From Takakia lepidozioides (taxonomy: Eukaryota > Plantae > Bryophyta): a DNA stretch of 64,000 bases. Made by a program: the position numbers and the translations under genes. Where the stretch lies: the NCBI GenBank assembly GCA_030704615.1, contig CM060732.1:12400001-12464000 (forward strand), read 5' to 3'. Position 1 is the first letter of the stretch; each line of letters opens with the position of its first letter. The notes beneath the pieces were generated by a model. The model saw only the letters and a program-made list of their open reading frames with translations, did no database searches and was not told where the DNA came from. Positions 23,715 through 36,390 of the stretch are shown here, one piece after another.

Positions 23715-26543
23715 AAGAATGTCACTTCACATACATTATTTTTAAAGATTGTTTGAGAGCATGCACAAAATCTACACATATCTTTTGAGAAGTTGATATT
23801 CCCACACCATATAAATCAGCGATCATTTGCATTTTATTTCAGCTAAGTGCGAAATGACAAGTGCTACTCTAATTTCAAGTGGAACAGCAGCTCACATGGT
23901 AGTATTTAGACGCTTCAAATAAGGAGCAAATTTTGAATAAATAAAATCAAATGTTCTCCTTAACATTTTCATCTTGGCTTTAAATTCTCTCTCATTGTAA
24001 GACCCCAACAGAGTTGATTGTAAGTATCCATGTATGCACTCTCGAGCCCAAAAAGTTTTAGGCCTACATTTTGACTGACCCACTATGCAGAGAAGAATAA
24101 GGAATGTCATGGCCTGAGCACGCTCACATTAGCTTGTAAGCTTGTTCACGTGAGCTTGCTCATGCCCCACGTGAGCTTGTTCATGCCATTGTGGTTTAGT
24201 GGATTAGTGGTTTAGGCATGAAGCAAAGTTTAATGGTCGTGTATCCCAAGGCCCTATTCTCGTGGATGCCATGTTCTTGGAAGGGTCTACAGTCGTGGAC
24301 CGACCTACATATGTATTGTCATATACCGTGCAAAATTTGAAATTTGAAAATGATTGAAAATACAATAAACAACAATCAAATTGATCAAATGTCAAATTCA
24401 AAAGTATGGAACGGCCACACAATCAAAGTCTAGCACAATAAGTCTAGAGGACATGAAAAATTTAGGGGGGATGACCATATTCCAAACTAGAACCACAATC
24501 CTCGAACATACCATCGTCCACAGAGACTAGATAGCCATAACAAGCCATAACTAATATCTGCCTATGAGCTTGGAGAAAACGTGGCTGAGGAGACAAAGAC
24601 ATAGTGGAGAGTTGTCCCGCCATTGACTCTGCAACACAGAAGCTGAAAAACACAAAAGGGGGCCATTGAAAAATCCTAGCAACTCAAAAAATAGGATTGT
24701 ACGCTTGGAAAATATCATCGTCCTACAAAAAAACAAGTATTCAAAGATGTAAATAGCTTGAAAAGAAAATGGAACACATGATTGCAAGTACAACAAAATC
24801 AGCAAATGTTAGCAATCTCATTGCATAATTATTTGACTTATTTACAAGTAAAGTCATCAACCTCATTGGTCCGTGGTGACGTACCCTACAAGGTCTTTCA
24901 CCCGCACAATGAATGTCTGAACTACAAGGGACAAAGACCCTTCTAGAAGCGAGAAAAAATTGTCTTTAACAGCTTTGCATCATCCTCCATCTCCAAAAGA
25001 TGTATCACACTAGCTTTGTAGGCATGGATAGAAGCATCTGGAAGTCGCACATAGAACAGTACCAAATTACAAATAGAGCATGAATGACAATACACGCAAA
25101 GAATAAAGTGCAAATGGAAGGATGCTAAGATGTTGAACCTATAGAAAAAAAATGTCAACAACCGGACTCCCATCAAGGCTGCAAGCAAGCCTTAATGAAG
25201 GTTTGCATAAAGGTTGGGCTCCTCCCCTGGCACCAACGAGGGTGTCCAAGTGAATGGCATTGACGTCATCAGATTTACAGCTATAAGAAACAAAAACAAA
25301 AACAATAAATGATAAATAAATTTATTTAAAAAAATTAAATTAAATTAAATTATGTTTGTTTAAAAACAATCAAATAAATTTTAAGCATACCTTGAAGCTA
25401 TGATGTCAACACCATCCGGAGAAAAATAATAATAAGAATCATCATCATTATTTTTTTAAATAAAATAAATCTAAGCATATCTTGAAGCTGATGGCATTAA
25501 CGCCATCCGGAGCAACAAAACAAAAAATCTTTAATTCAAATAAATTTAAGCATATCTTGAAGCTGATGGCGTCAACGCCATCTACTTCGACACCCTTCCT
25601 TCTACTCTTAAAAAATGACATGTTAGTATAAACTCTTCACCACGTCTACTAAATCTAATGTACTCTTTTTCCACTGGTTTTTGGCAAAAATGATCATCGA
25701 GGAGGGTGTCCAAAATTGATGGCATTTAGATCATCAAATTTTAACTGACCTTTAAAGGACCAAAAATAAGCAAAAAACAAAATCTATTTAAAAAAATCAA
25801 ATAGAATTAAACATACTTTGAGGCTGGTGGCGTCAGCGCTACCCATTTGGACATCCTCCATTCTGCTCACTTTTGTCCAAAAATGACCATGTTATTATGT
25901 GTTGTTCACACACGTCTACTGAATCTTTCAATGTATTATATTTTCACTCTTTTGGGCAAAAACTAAGCACTAGGGAGGGTGTCCAAAATTGATGGGAGAG
26001 ATGACCACACCAAATCTTAAAATTAATGGTGTCGTGCCATCAATTTTGAGGTCTGCTTTGGCCATCTCCCTAAAATAGTATTTCTAAATTATTTCTTAAT
26101 TTTGAATTTTTTTTTGTAATTCATGGTCTCGAGCATGCTTCGAGATTGATAGCATTGACTCCATCATCTTAAACACTTGCTTTGATCTCTTCGCTTTGCA
26201 TTTATTTTTGTTTATTTCTTTTATTATTGATTGATTCATTAAATTTGTTATTGCTCGTATATTTGTTTGATGACAAAACACCATTGACCAAAACAAGATT
26301 CCAAATTGATGGTATTGACACAATGTTTTTGAAATTATAGTTGAGGTTAGCTATTTCATGAGCATGAGCAGCATTAGCGGCATGAGCAGAAGTTTAATTT
26401 TTTGGATTTAAAAATATTAAATTAAAAAATGGATTGTGTCAGAGAAATAATGTTATAATATAGATTGTGTGAAAGTGAAATTGAAGTTTTTGGAGGAGTG
26501 CTCATGAAAAGTTTTCTTGCGCTCATAAAAAAAGCGAGCGACC
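23715..26543 (-). mobile_element. Degenerate PIF/Harbinger element (transposase N-terminal fragment at ~23740-24110; possible terminus at 26543)
   Basis: FKAKMKMLRRTFDFI...LKRLNTTM*AAVPLEIRVAL...ADLYGVGISTSQKI is the typical Harbinger N-terminal HTH region. (G)CATGAGC/GCTCAYG motifs at 24110-24190 and 26355-26530. Boundaries are tentative. Confidence 0.6.
25235..26050. repeat. Degenerate array of an 18-bp palindrome (GATGGCGTCAACGCCATC-like) with GAGGGTGTCCAA, in AT-rich spacers
   Basis: Variants at ~25255, 25400, 25490, 25565, 25718, 25825 and 25990-26040. Confidence 0.65.
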
Positions 26544-26551
26544 TCAGTTAA

Positions 26552-26736
26552 AATGGTGCCAAATTTCGCGGTAATAGGTGCGGCAACATTGGAAAATGAT
26601 GACGAATTTCGCAGTAATAGGTGCCGACCCGAAAAATGGTGCCGATTTTCACAGCTATAGGTCCCTGCCATTCAAGTAAGTTGACGCAGGAATTGGAAAT
26701 GCGGCGCCGAATTTCGCGAGATGGTGCCTACAAGTG
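26552..26736. mobile_element. Right terminus of a CACT-type (En/Spm-like) element with subterminal repeats
   Basis: Ends in ...GGTGCCTACAAGTG (reverse complement CACTTGTAGGCACC), preceded by about 4 copies of AATTTCGCRGTAATAGGTGCC-like repeats. Confidence 0.55.
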
Positions 26737-28279
26737 CACAGATATGAAGTTGGCCGCTGCCAGGATGTTGGAGGCAACCCACAGCAACATTGGTAGGGTA
26801 CTGGGAGGCATGGTATCGATGCGGGTGGTCAGACCTGCCTTTTTCGGTGATATCGACAAGCTCAAATTCTCTTTTCGGGATGGATATCATATGGGGTCTG
26901 CCTCATTTTATGTCTCCATTGAGAACGATCACGGAGCTTCTCGTGTATACACTTCCGACGATTTCGCAAAGTGCCCGGCCCCCATTGGCGAGTTCGAGAA
27001 ATTGATTGTTAACGATCCTCTTTTCCAACACTTGTCCGGAAAAATGTTCTTCGTATAGGACGGGAACCATCGGCTTGCCGCATGGATGGAGCACATAGCC
27101 CAAGTACACCCCGACGAACTAGATTGGCATTACGCCGTGGAGTGTGTTGTGCTGAAGGTGGCGGGTATGGCGGATCGCAGTCTTCTCAAGGCTGCTATGG
27201 CGGACATAAACACGTAAGTTCAAATGCTCCTTGCACTGGAACTTGCAATTTCATAGTCATTTCGGCGGCAAGCCCCTCACATATTGCAACTGTGGCATTG
27301 CAGGGTCACGGAGACTGCCTTCATTGCCACCAACTTGTCCCACATGCTCTTCCGAGTGAAGGTTGTGGGGAGGCAGCTGGTGTCTAGCTTTGCCAATTCC
27401 CTTAGTGTCGATCTCCTGCGGAAGTCGGAGGCAAAGGCTGAAAGAACATGGTACAGGCTGAGCATGGACGCCATGGTCGACTATATCTTTCGGGTATTGC
27501 GTTTTGCTCTCTTCATTTCCTCATTTCTCGATTTTTTGTTGTGGAATTAGAAGACCATGCTTTGTAATTGCTATGTGCTTTGCTGACAGACCAGAATCGA
27601 CCAAGATTTGGCACAAGCGAGGAGGTTCTATATGAAGTCAGAGGAGAAGAAACTGACCCTGGGTACACTCGAATCGTATCTCAGTGCTGCCGAGGCAAAG
27701 GCGCGCCTCAAGTACAAGTCTCGGATGGTGAAGTACGTGGCCATTGTTGATCCCGCACTTGGTGACGACTTTCTTGTGGAGGTGGGGAAGCACTACTCAC
27801 GCGCTCTTAAGCCAACAATGACAATCGAGAAACTACATCGTCTAGCCACAACGTGTATGGATGCAACTGAGAAGGTTAATCATTCTGAACCAATTTGGAC
27901 TCTTCATGCAACAATGTGTTCCCTTACTTTATTTTGCTTACTAATATCCACGTTGGTTGGACAGACCCGGTGGCTCCAAATCTGGAATGGGTCTCAGAGT
28001 ATTCAGGACATGTGGAGCTTCCCAAAACCTGACAAACTGTCCGACCCCACATTCGACCTCTGGATGAACCACATGACATGGTGGTTTCAGGTTGTTTTCA
28101 AGCTTTTTTGGTGCATCCCCTCTTGTATCACGTAGATTTCTGGCATTTTATGCTGACTGATGGGGACTGTCCGCAGGTCACCACAAATGCGCAAGAACAG
28201 CTGGACACCCAAGCCCACCAGTTCAAGCTGAAGATAGAGGCAGGAGCAGAGAGCCTCACCGACTATGTGACGAGGTACT
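26737..28279 (+). pseudogene. Spliced gene fragment encoding a ParB/sulfiredoxin-fold (DGNHR) domain. Exons 26737-27213, 27304-27493, 27590-27874, 27965-28090, 28177-28279 (cut by the CACTA insertion)
   Basis: Four GT-AG introns of about 90 bp join into one frame. Motif VVRPAFFGDIDKLKFSFRDGY...FYVSI...FFV*DGNHRLAAW, with a single TAG at 27056-27058 (plausibly from TGG). Confidence 0.7.
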
Positions 28280-29231
28280 CACTACAACAAATGGGGGGGT
28301 TTGCAACGCCAGCCGTGCCCCCACGCCCCGCGCGGCGCCGAGCGTGCGACGCCAACCCCGTGGAGCGTGTTTGCGACGTCGGGCCGTCGCAGCCAAACCC
28401 CGCGGGAGTGAAACCTGGCGCCGGGGCCAGGCGGCGACGCCTAGCCGTCGCACGGAGTGATGAAGGGTTAATGGCAACCCTTCCGGGCGACGCCTAAGCG
28501 TCGCCCCCAGCGAAGGGCAGAAGGCAGCCCTCTCTGGCGACGGCCGGTCGTCGCACGCCGGAAAAAAAAATACCATTTTTTGCCATTTCTTTCATCGCAG
28601 CCATTTCTTGCGACGCCCGGCCGTCGCATGGTGGCATGAAGGGCAGAAAGCCCCTGCGACGGCCGGGCGTCGCAAACTGCCCGGCTGCCCTATTCTCTCA
28701 AAACAAAAAAAACATGTCACAGTTTGCGACGGCTGGCCGTCGCCGTTTGCGACCCCCGGCCTCAAATCCATTCAAAAAAATAGGTCACAGTTGGCGACGG
28801 TTAACCGTCGCCATTTGCGACCCCCGGCATGATAAATCCAAGAAAACGCGTCGCAATTTGCGACGCGTGGGGGTTGCAGGAGGCAACGGCGGGGCTTTCT
28901 AGGTTTAGGTTTAGGGCCTTTGGGGGTTCTTAGTTTTTTTTTTTTTCATATGGTACTGGGGTAGGGTGTTTGTTTTTCTTTATGGTTTAGCTTGTTGTTG
29001 TGGACCTTCCTGTAGATTGTGACATTCATTTTGATAATTCTCTTGATACCACATATGTATGTGTTGCTCCAACATATTCATTGCCTCTGCCTTCTTTCTT
29101 GAAAGACTACCAGCCACAGCCATATTTGATGAATCATAGAAATAAAGTACAATATGCATGTACATGTACAATTAATCGAAGGCATGGGTCCAGTTCGGTG
29201 CGAGAATTGTTATGTAGCTTTGATTTTGTGT

Positions 29232-32200
29232 CTAATCAACTTGAACATCATCATCCGGAGCCTCTTCATCATCATCAAGCTGCAAGTCTTCTTGGTCATC
29301 GGAGTCATCGTCATAAATGGCCCGGCCCTCAAAATGCACCTCCGAATCATCCTCCACCTCGTTGTCAATGGCCGTGTCTTCGTCTCCTTCTCCATCATCC
29401 GTATCTTCTAGAGCTTCATCATATAGGGTCCAGGATGCATTGTCCGGGGCGTCATCATCCTCTTCTACCCCCTCTACCCAACCTCTATCATCAGCATCAT
29501 TATGACCAGTCTCTCCGTCCACCGCAATTGCCTCACCCCATGGAGATCCGAGACCATGATAGATACGTCTTCTTCTTGGCTGAGCATGCACAACCACCTT
29601 CCAATTTCCCCCTCTTGTTTTGTCATCGGAGAAAAAAACTTGCTCCATGTCTGAAGGCCGTGAAAAAGGCTCATCGGAGGGACGATGAGTAGGGTTGAGC
29701 CTATCTACATTGACGCGCATGAAACCACAATCATCTTGCACTAGTGTTGCGGAGGGCCCCACAAGATGTGGCTGGAACCACCTTCCTTTGAAAAGAAGAG
29801 GCCGGTACCTTGTATACTGAAGTTGGAGTATGCTCTCAAGCTCTCCAATGTACTCAAGTTTCCTCATCACCCTTGCCCCACATGGAGTCTTACCAATATG
29901 TGGCACACAAGCCAGAATCAAAGGTTGTTTTGCGCTTCATGTCAAGAGCACGAATGCGGAAATGACGACCGTGAACCCAAACCGCCGTGTATGAGGTCGC
30001 GAATTGAGAGGGGCTCTTTGCAATGTCTTGCACCAAATATGAAACTACCTCTCCTTGAGCAACGGCGTCATAAACCTGAAGTCTGAAGCCACTATTGGAA
30101 TGAACTTAGAGGCTGCAATTCCATGGGCAAATTTTGTGAATGAACATTCCGGCGGCCCGCTCCTCGTCGTGGACGTCTAGTAACCGGCCTTGGATGGTTC
30201 CGCCTCCATGCAAGCGTCTCCTCCTCTCGTTGCTGAACAAGATTATTGTATCTTGCCTCCCACTCATGTATGGATGGGGTGTTCTTCAGTATGAAGTCAT
30301 GCGCTTGCTCAATCACCAAGGTCGGCAATTTTACCTTCTTCGATTTTTTGGGCAAAACGATGTCATTGGTTCGTGCATCCTCCTCTTTCTTCCACATCCG
30401 AGGGGATTCCTCATCCACCCTTGCCATGTACTCCGTGCAATAGAACATAGCTTCTTGCAACGTATACCCCTCCGCCATGCTACCCTCGGGTGCGTCATTT
30501 GTCTTACAAATCCTTTCAAAGTCTTCATATAACGCTCAAAAAAGTACATCCACCGAGAATGAACGGGGCCGGCAATCGAAGCCTCTTCCACTAAATGCAC
30601 TATCAAGTGCACTTGGATGTCAAAGAAAGAGGGAGGAAGGTGCATCTCTAACATACACATTACCTCCGCCGCCTCCTTCTTCATGCGTGGAAAATTTGCT
30701 TCTTCCAACTCTTTGGAGCAAATCCACTGAAACAAGCCTCACAATCTATAGATTGTCTCACGAACCTCGGGCGTCAATGTTCAACGTACTGCAATGGGCA
30801 AGATGTCTTGCAATAGATTGTGGTAGTCATGAGACTTCAAACCATGGACCCCGTCTTCTTCGCTGAACTTCGTACGGAGGGATGACCCATAACCAGTTGG
30901 TGTTCGGACAGCACTTATGGTGGCTATCACTTTCTTGTATTCCTCCTTTGTCCATTGCCAAGGTGCGCGCCTATACTTCCACCGTACAACACCCTTTGGA
31001 TCCACACCATTTTGTTCGACCCATAGATGGCGCATGCGACCCTGCTCCTCAAGCTCCTTTCTAACACCGATAGAATCTCCTTTTGCAGCCACTCCCTTCT
31101 TTGTCGGCGTGCCATGAAGAACCCGAAAAATGGACGAGCAGACATTCCTCTCAATATGCATGGGATCTAGAAGATGGCGAATCTTCAGGTCCTACATATA
31201 TCCCCACCCACAAAGACTTACACAAAAAATTTTACGTGAAAGTGACAATGCAACGCATACCAAATGTGCAATATCATATGCATGCATAGGGATATTGACG
31301 GTGTTTTTGTGGAATATGTACTGCCCAATATGGCAACTCGTAGAAGATTGAAAGTCGTTTCATGCTCCCAATCCTCATCCTCATCCTCATCCGACATTGA
31401 CAAATGAATGTATGCGGGTTGTTCATGGGGAACATAATATTTATGCAGCCTCTCTCTCATTTGGGTGTGAATGGTCAAAACCAAACGTCGCTCCTTCCAC
31501 TCCTCACTCACTCCTTCCAAAACCACAATCAGATCTTGCATGAGTACTACTCTCTAATAATCTCCATGCGAGGGGGAATGACGCTTATACCTTGCGTGGT
31601 ACTTTTTTTCATTGGACATCATCCCGATATCGGTCTTTCTTGCACTTTGGGCACTTGGTGAGATGCGAATCCTCTTTGTAGTATAGGGTTTTATCACATG
31701 GACAAGCATGAAAAATCTTATAGCCCATCCCCACAGAGTCCAAGACTTCGCGCGCCTCTTTCCGCGACCGTGACATCTTGGGTTTCAAGTGTGGAGCAAG
31801 GATATAGTCTGCAATAGTTCGCATTATGGTAGACATCCCAACATTACTTATGCCAAATCGAATTTGAAGATTGAACAAAAGTAAGATTGTTGAAAGTCGA
31901 CTCATTTTCGTCCCTTCGTACAAGGGAGTTCTCGCCTCCCTCTCCATGTCATTTGAGGGGGCCATTTTAGGATCATCGATTGGCCGGGTTCCCTCTTCAT
32001 GGGATGCATCAGCGCCCACATGATGCATTAAGAGATCCTCCATGGCTTGCACATCCTCCTGGTTAATTTCATGCTCATTGTTGTTGTCACTGTCACTATC
32101 ACTGTCATCGTCATCATCGTCCGGTACCGTGGGGGCGGCGTCTCGCCCACGGCTCCCGCCTGATGTACTTGGGTTGTTTTCGGATGGGGTGCCTAGAGAA

Positions 32201-32240
32201 AAGACCGGGAAGGGATGGACAAAGTCCTGATACGAACAAA
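29232..32240 (-). pseudogene. CACTA TnpD/Tnp2-like transposase, frameshifted; most of the catalytic core appears deleted
   Basis: GMGYKIFHACPCDKTLY...CPKCKKDRY, DPMHIERNV, GLKSHDYHNLLQDILP, DUF4218-like LPPSFFDIQVHLIVHL...GPVHSRWMYFFERYM and DUF4216-like DDCGFMRVN...DEPF...QVFFSDD...WKVV. The usual long segment between the zinc ribbon and DPMH is missing. Confidence 0.88.
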
Positions 32241-32575
32241 TGAACATATGGACATATATTATAATGTGTCCTTGCAACCATACATTTCATTATAAGCGAA
32301 ATGCAAACAACAACCTTCAATGTGTGTATGCATCAAATATGTCATTCAATAATTACATGTGTGTGCGCAACGTACACGCATGCAAAGTTTCAAACCCAAA
32401 CAAAATCATTTGCCCCCCCAATGACGCATTCACCCTATCAACCAATTTTTGTTTATTAATGTGAAAGAAAATCCTCTCATGCCATTGCACCCAACAAACG
32501 GATGTGGCTCAAGCTTCATTTTTTCCTACATGTGCTTAAATATGTGTGCAACGCCTGTACAAAGATCCAGCAAGG

Positions 32576-32607
<32 letters not shown>

Positions 32608-33236
32608 CCTCCCCAACGACGCACTTACCCTTGCACCAATTTTGAATTAAAACGAATTTAAATGAATTTAAAATAAATATTTGCATTTAAAAAATATATG
32701 ATTGTGGTTTTGAGGGGCGTAATGATTTTATTTTAGCTCTATTTTGTTCTGTGACATCGGGCTTTGCACCACTACATCCATGCAAAAAATGGGACAAAAA
32801 AAAACTGGAAAAAAAAATAAGTGTGTTTCTAGGGTCACTTTTGCAGAACTCTCTATGCAAAGTGCATGAAGTTGAAGATAACCCAACTTTGGAGTTCAAA
32901 TGAGAGAACAAAATCTGGTTATGGGTCCAAATGACTTTTGTTTACTCCCAAATTTTGCACGCACATTGCATATGCTATCATTAAGCATATGGCTTGAAAA
33001 TGGAATAAAAAAAAATTCATCTACAGGCGAAACACAATTTTCCGTCTCTATGACACGTAACTGCGTTCAACACTAGAATGACCCATTGAATCAACTTGGT
33101 TCAAGCTCATATTTGGTCCACATGTGCATAAGTATGTTTAGATCACATATGCAAAATTGCAACCCACACGAGCAACAAAAAAAAAATTTACATCAATCGA
33201 TTAATCGGATGTATACAAAGTACATCATGAGAATAT

Positions 33237-33890
33237 CTACAATGCCCCTCTACGTGATCCATGTCTCAAAGGAACCCTATTTCTATCATACACATCACAC
33301 TCACGCTGTAATCGGAGGTCCCAATCATCCCGGGAGAACTCGTATGATGCAAATAGTTCGCTGCCAGCCCTAATAGTCCTACCAGCATATGTCATTACAA
33401 ACATGTGCATTCCCTCACAGTATACTGACACCACAAAAGCTCTCATGCCATCGCTTCGCTCGTCCCATACTACATTGGTTCTCCTAAGATGACCAAAAGA
33501 ACTATTGACCAGCCCAGCAACATTGCCGAAGATGTCGGGGTCACCATCACAAAATTTGATCTCAATGGGAAACAACCCCCGTCTACGTACATCCTGTCCG
33601 TTGACACACAAAATATAGGGTAGGATGTATGGGGCTTCGAGGCGTAATGTACGGAACTCTGCGGAGGTGTAGTATGGACCGTAGTAGGGAAACAAATCCA
33701 CCATGCTGTTTCTCCGAGGAGGAACCACAATATCATTGACCGTGAATAAACCCTGACCCATAGCAGGGTCTGTAGCGGCTCTCACAACATACCGTCTCCC
33801 CCAATACTCGAACTCTACATTTTCTCGGATGGGGGTGGGAGGGTCGAGATGATTCCCCCAACAACGAGGCTTGACGGTCCTCAGTAACAT
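33237..33890 (-). CDS. Divergent SET-domain protein carried inside the CACTA element (Pro-rich N-terminal extension to ~34175 disrupted)
   Basis: SET motifs in order: GQGLFT (GxG), YYGPYY (YxG), DGDP...GNVAGLVNSS...TN (RFxNHS-like), YAGRTIRAGSELFASY (ELxxDY-like). Confidence 0.75.
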   Translation of the reverse strand: MLLRTVKPRCWGNHLDPPTPIRENVEFEYWGRRYVVRAATDPAMGQGLFTVNDIVVPPRRNSMVDLFPYYGPYYTSAEFRTLRLEAPYILPYILCVNGQDVRRRGLFPIEIKFCDGDPDIFGNVAGLVNSSFGHLRRTNVVWDERSDGMRAFVVSVYCEGMHMFVMTYAGRTIRAGSELFASYEFSRDDWDLRLQRECDVYDRNRVPLRHGSRRGAL

Positions 33891-34552
33891 AGTCCTATGC
33901 GCTTTCCATCGGGGGCGAGGATCCGGCTTAGGCCGCCCAAGCCGAAGGGGAGAAAACCTAGGGCGAAGCCGACCCTCCTAGGGGTTCGGGGGGCACATGC
34001 ACGTAGAGGTGGAGGTGGAGGTGGAGGTGGAGGTGGTGGTGGTGGTGGTGGTGGAGATGGAGGTGGTACTGCTGGCGGAGGAGATGAAAGTGGAGGTGGT
34101 TGAGGATGTAATGCCTGTATTGGATAGGTGCAATGGGTGCCTCCTCGCCACAAAAAATGGTCGCTCTAGGGCCACAATCGATATGTGGTACTACCTCCCC
34201 ATCCTCGAGGGAGACGGGTCGATGTTTCCTCACCATCCCATCCTAATTAACACACACCACCAACACTTTCATTTATCAAAAACCGTTGGCAACAAAAACC
34301 CTATGCCTCAGCCTCGGGGCTTTCAAAATTGGTAACCTAAGGCAGAACATCCCTATGGTGCTAGAGCCCACGACAATAAATCCTTCCTCTCGTTCTATCT
34401 TCAGGATGCTCACACTATGGAAAAATTTGTTGAGACCCAGCACTTTGCGATTATCAGATTGAACCACATTTTGGGTATGTGAATCCTAATTACACCGTTT
34501 ATCCTTTTAACCCCAAGACCCACAACCAAAACCGCCAATCCAAAACCCAACA

Positions 34553-34885
34553 CCATAAAGAAAAGCAAACACCCTAACCCAGTACCATATGAAAAAATAA
34601 ATAAATAAAATAAAAACTAAGAAACCCAAAAGGCCCTAAACCCTAAATCCAGAAAGGCCGGCTGTCGCCTCCTGCGACACCTTGGCGTCGCATTGGACGA
34701 CGCATTTTTTTAATTTTTTAACTGAGGTTCATACCCCGCGACGGACAGCCGTCGCGGGGGGCGACGCGGTTTTTTTAATTTATGGGGCTGGGGGTCGCAA
34801 GAAACGACGGCCAGCCGTCGCAATCTTCATTTTTACATTTCAAAAAAGGGCGGGCGCAGGCGTGCGACGGCCGGGCGTCGCCAGT
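34553..34885. repeat. Internal inverted copy of the CACTA left subterminal region (28640-28985)
   Basis: ccataaagaaaagcaaacaccctaacccagtaccatatgaaaa...ctaagaaacccaaaaggccctaaacc matches the reverse complement of 28870-28985. GCGACGGCCAGCCGTCGC repeats continue the match. Confidence 0.85.
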
Positions 34886-35334
34886 GGGCTCCGCGCCTTT
34901 TTTTTTCTCCCTAAGTGCTTCAAGCATCTCTTTCCCCTCCCGTTTTCGTTTGTTCTTTGGGAGAGAGGTAGTTCAGAGAGTGGGGTTTAGGGTGGAGGAG
35001 AAACGCACCTGCTGCTGAGCCCGAGGTGGTCGCAAGGCCCCAAGCAGTTTTCCCCAACGCCGCTCCAACGCCTAAGGTAAGCACCGCCTCCTCCCTCACT
35101 TTCTGTCTTTCTTTCTTGCCCTAAGCACGGGCTGATGTCTCTCTCCCCTGTGTGGTAGGAACGCCGCGTAGAGGCGCGGCCTAACGAGCTGAAGAGAGAG
35201 AGAGAGCCGTGGTGAGCGGGGGAGAGACGCCCTGCAGCGGCGGGGACCCGCGCCGCTGGCAGCCGCGACAGCACCGCAGCAGCTTGCCGCGCCAGCTCGC
35301 TTCAAACACCAGCAGCAACAGAGGTACGTCAGGG

Positions 35335-36390
35335 AAATTGCACTCTCCCTTTCCTCTCTGCTTATGTTTACTGTTCAAAGGTAGTCTTCCTGCCCTGACT
35401 TTAAATTTAGGTCTGGTGCCAAGAGTGGGATAGACCCTTGAGCGCATCCATGATGTCCTCCCCCATGTCACAGACTGGAAACAGGTTCAGGGAAGTTTTC
35501 TTCCTAACTTCATTTTCATCGGACAATTTTCTGGTAACAGACATGGCTTTGGACACTACACTCTCTAAGTCAGGTTTATCCAGCAATGTCAAGACTTGCG
35601 GGTCTAGATTCAGATCTTTGAGAATCTCTTTTACTCTCTTCTCCCAGGGCTCACCCTGTTTGACAGGGCGGTCCTGTTTCCAAGATATAGAGTCGATTAA
35701 CTTAGGATATCTGGTGTTGGATATATGTTGCAGCTGAACCCACCATCTGAAGGTGGGGGGGGGGGGGGGTGACTGAGCAGCTGCTACTGCTCAGTCACTC
35801 CCCCCCCCACATTCTCTGTTTTTCTTTGTTGCCCCCTCTCTTGGGGAAACAAAATGGACAGATCCTACCGCTGTCAGATTTGAAGAGAGCGTCTCTTTGG
35901 TGAGAGAACCCCGGACAGTGTATCAGAAAATGAGTATTGTCTTCAGATTGCCCACACAACGGGCAATTGCACTCTCCCTTTCCTCTCTGCTTCTGTTTGC
36001 TATTCAAAGGTAGGCTTCCTGCCTTGAGTTTAAATTTCAGTCTAGTGCCGAGAGTGGGTAGACCCTTGAGGTCATCCAAGATGTCCTCCCCCATGTCACT
36101 GACTGGAAACAAGTTCAGGGAAGTTTTTTGCCTAACTTCATTTTCATCAGACAATCTCATGGCAACAGACATGGTTGGACACTACAGCCTCTAAGTCAGA
36201 TTTATCCAGCATGGTGAAGACTTGCGGTTCCAGGTCCAGGTCCTTGAGAATCTCTTCTACTGTCTTCTGTCAAGACTTAGCCTGTTTGACAGGTCAGTGG
36301 GCGGTCCTGTTTCCAAGATATAGAGTCGATTAACTTAGGATATCTGGTGTTGGACATATGCTGCAACTGACCCCACCATCTGACCTCCCC
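35335..36390 (-). mobile_element. Two diverged tandem fragments of a LINE ORF2 C-terminus inside a composite insertion (~35310-38995)
   Basis: LKFKLKAGSLPLN...CPLCGQSEDNTHFLIHCP. 35335-35750 resembles 35965-36385. Shared module ttttctttgttgccccctctc at ~35820, 36405 and 38970. Confidence 0.7.

Noticed and set aside
28280-28497. Natural C-terminus of the ParB-fold gene (end of ORF 28078-28497)
   Set aside because: This is read-through into the CACTA TIR and subterminal repeats that start at 28280.
33881-34335. Gly-rich, His-rich or Val/Glu-rich proteins
   Set aside because: These are alternative frames and strands of one (GGT/GGA) low-complexity tract; only the Pro-rich frame plausibly belongs to the SET gene.
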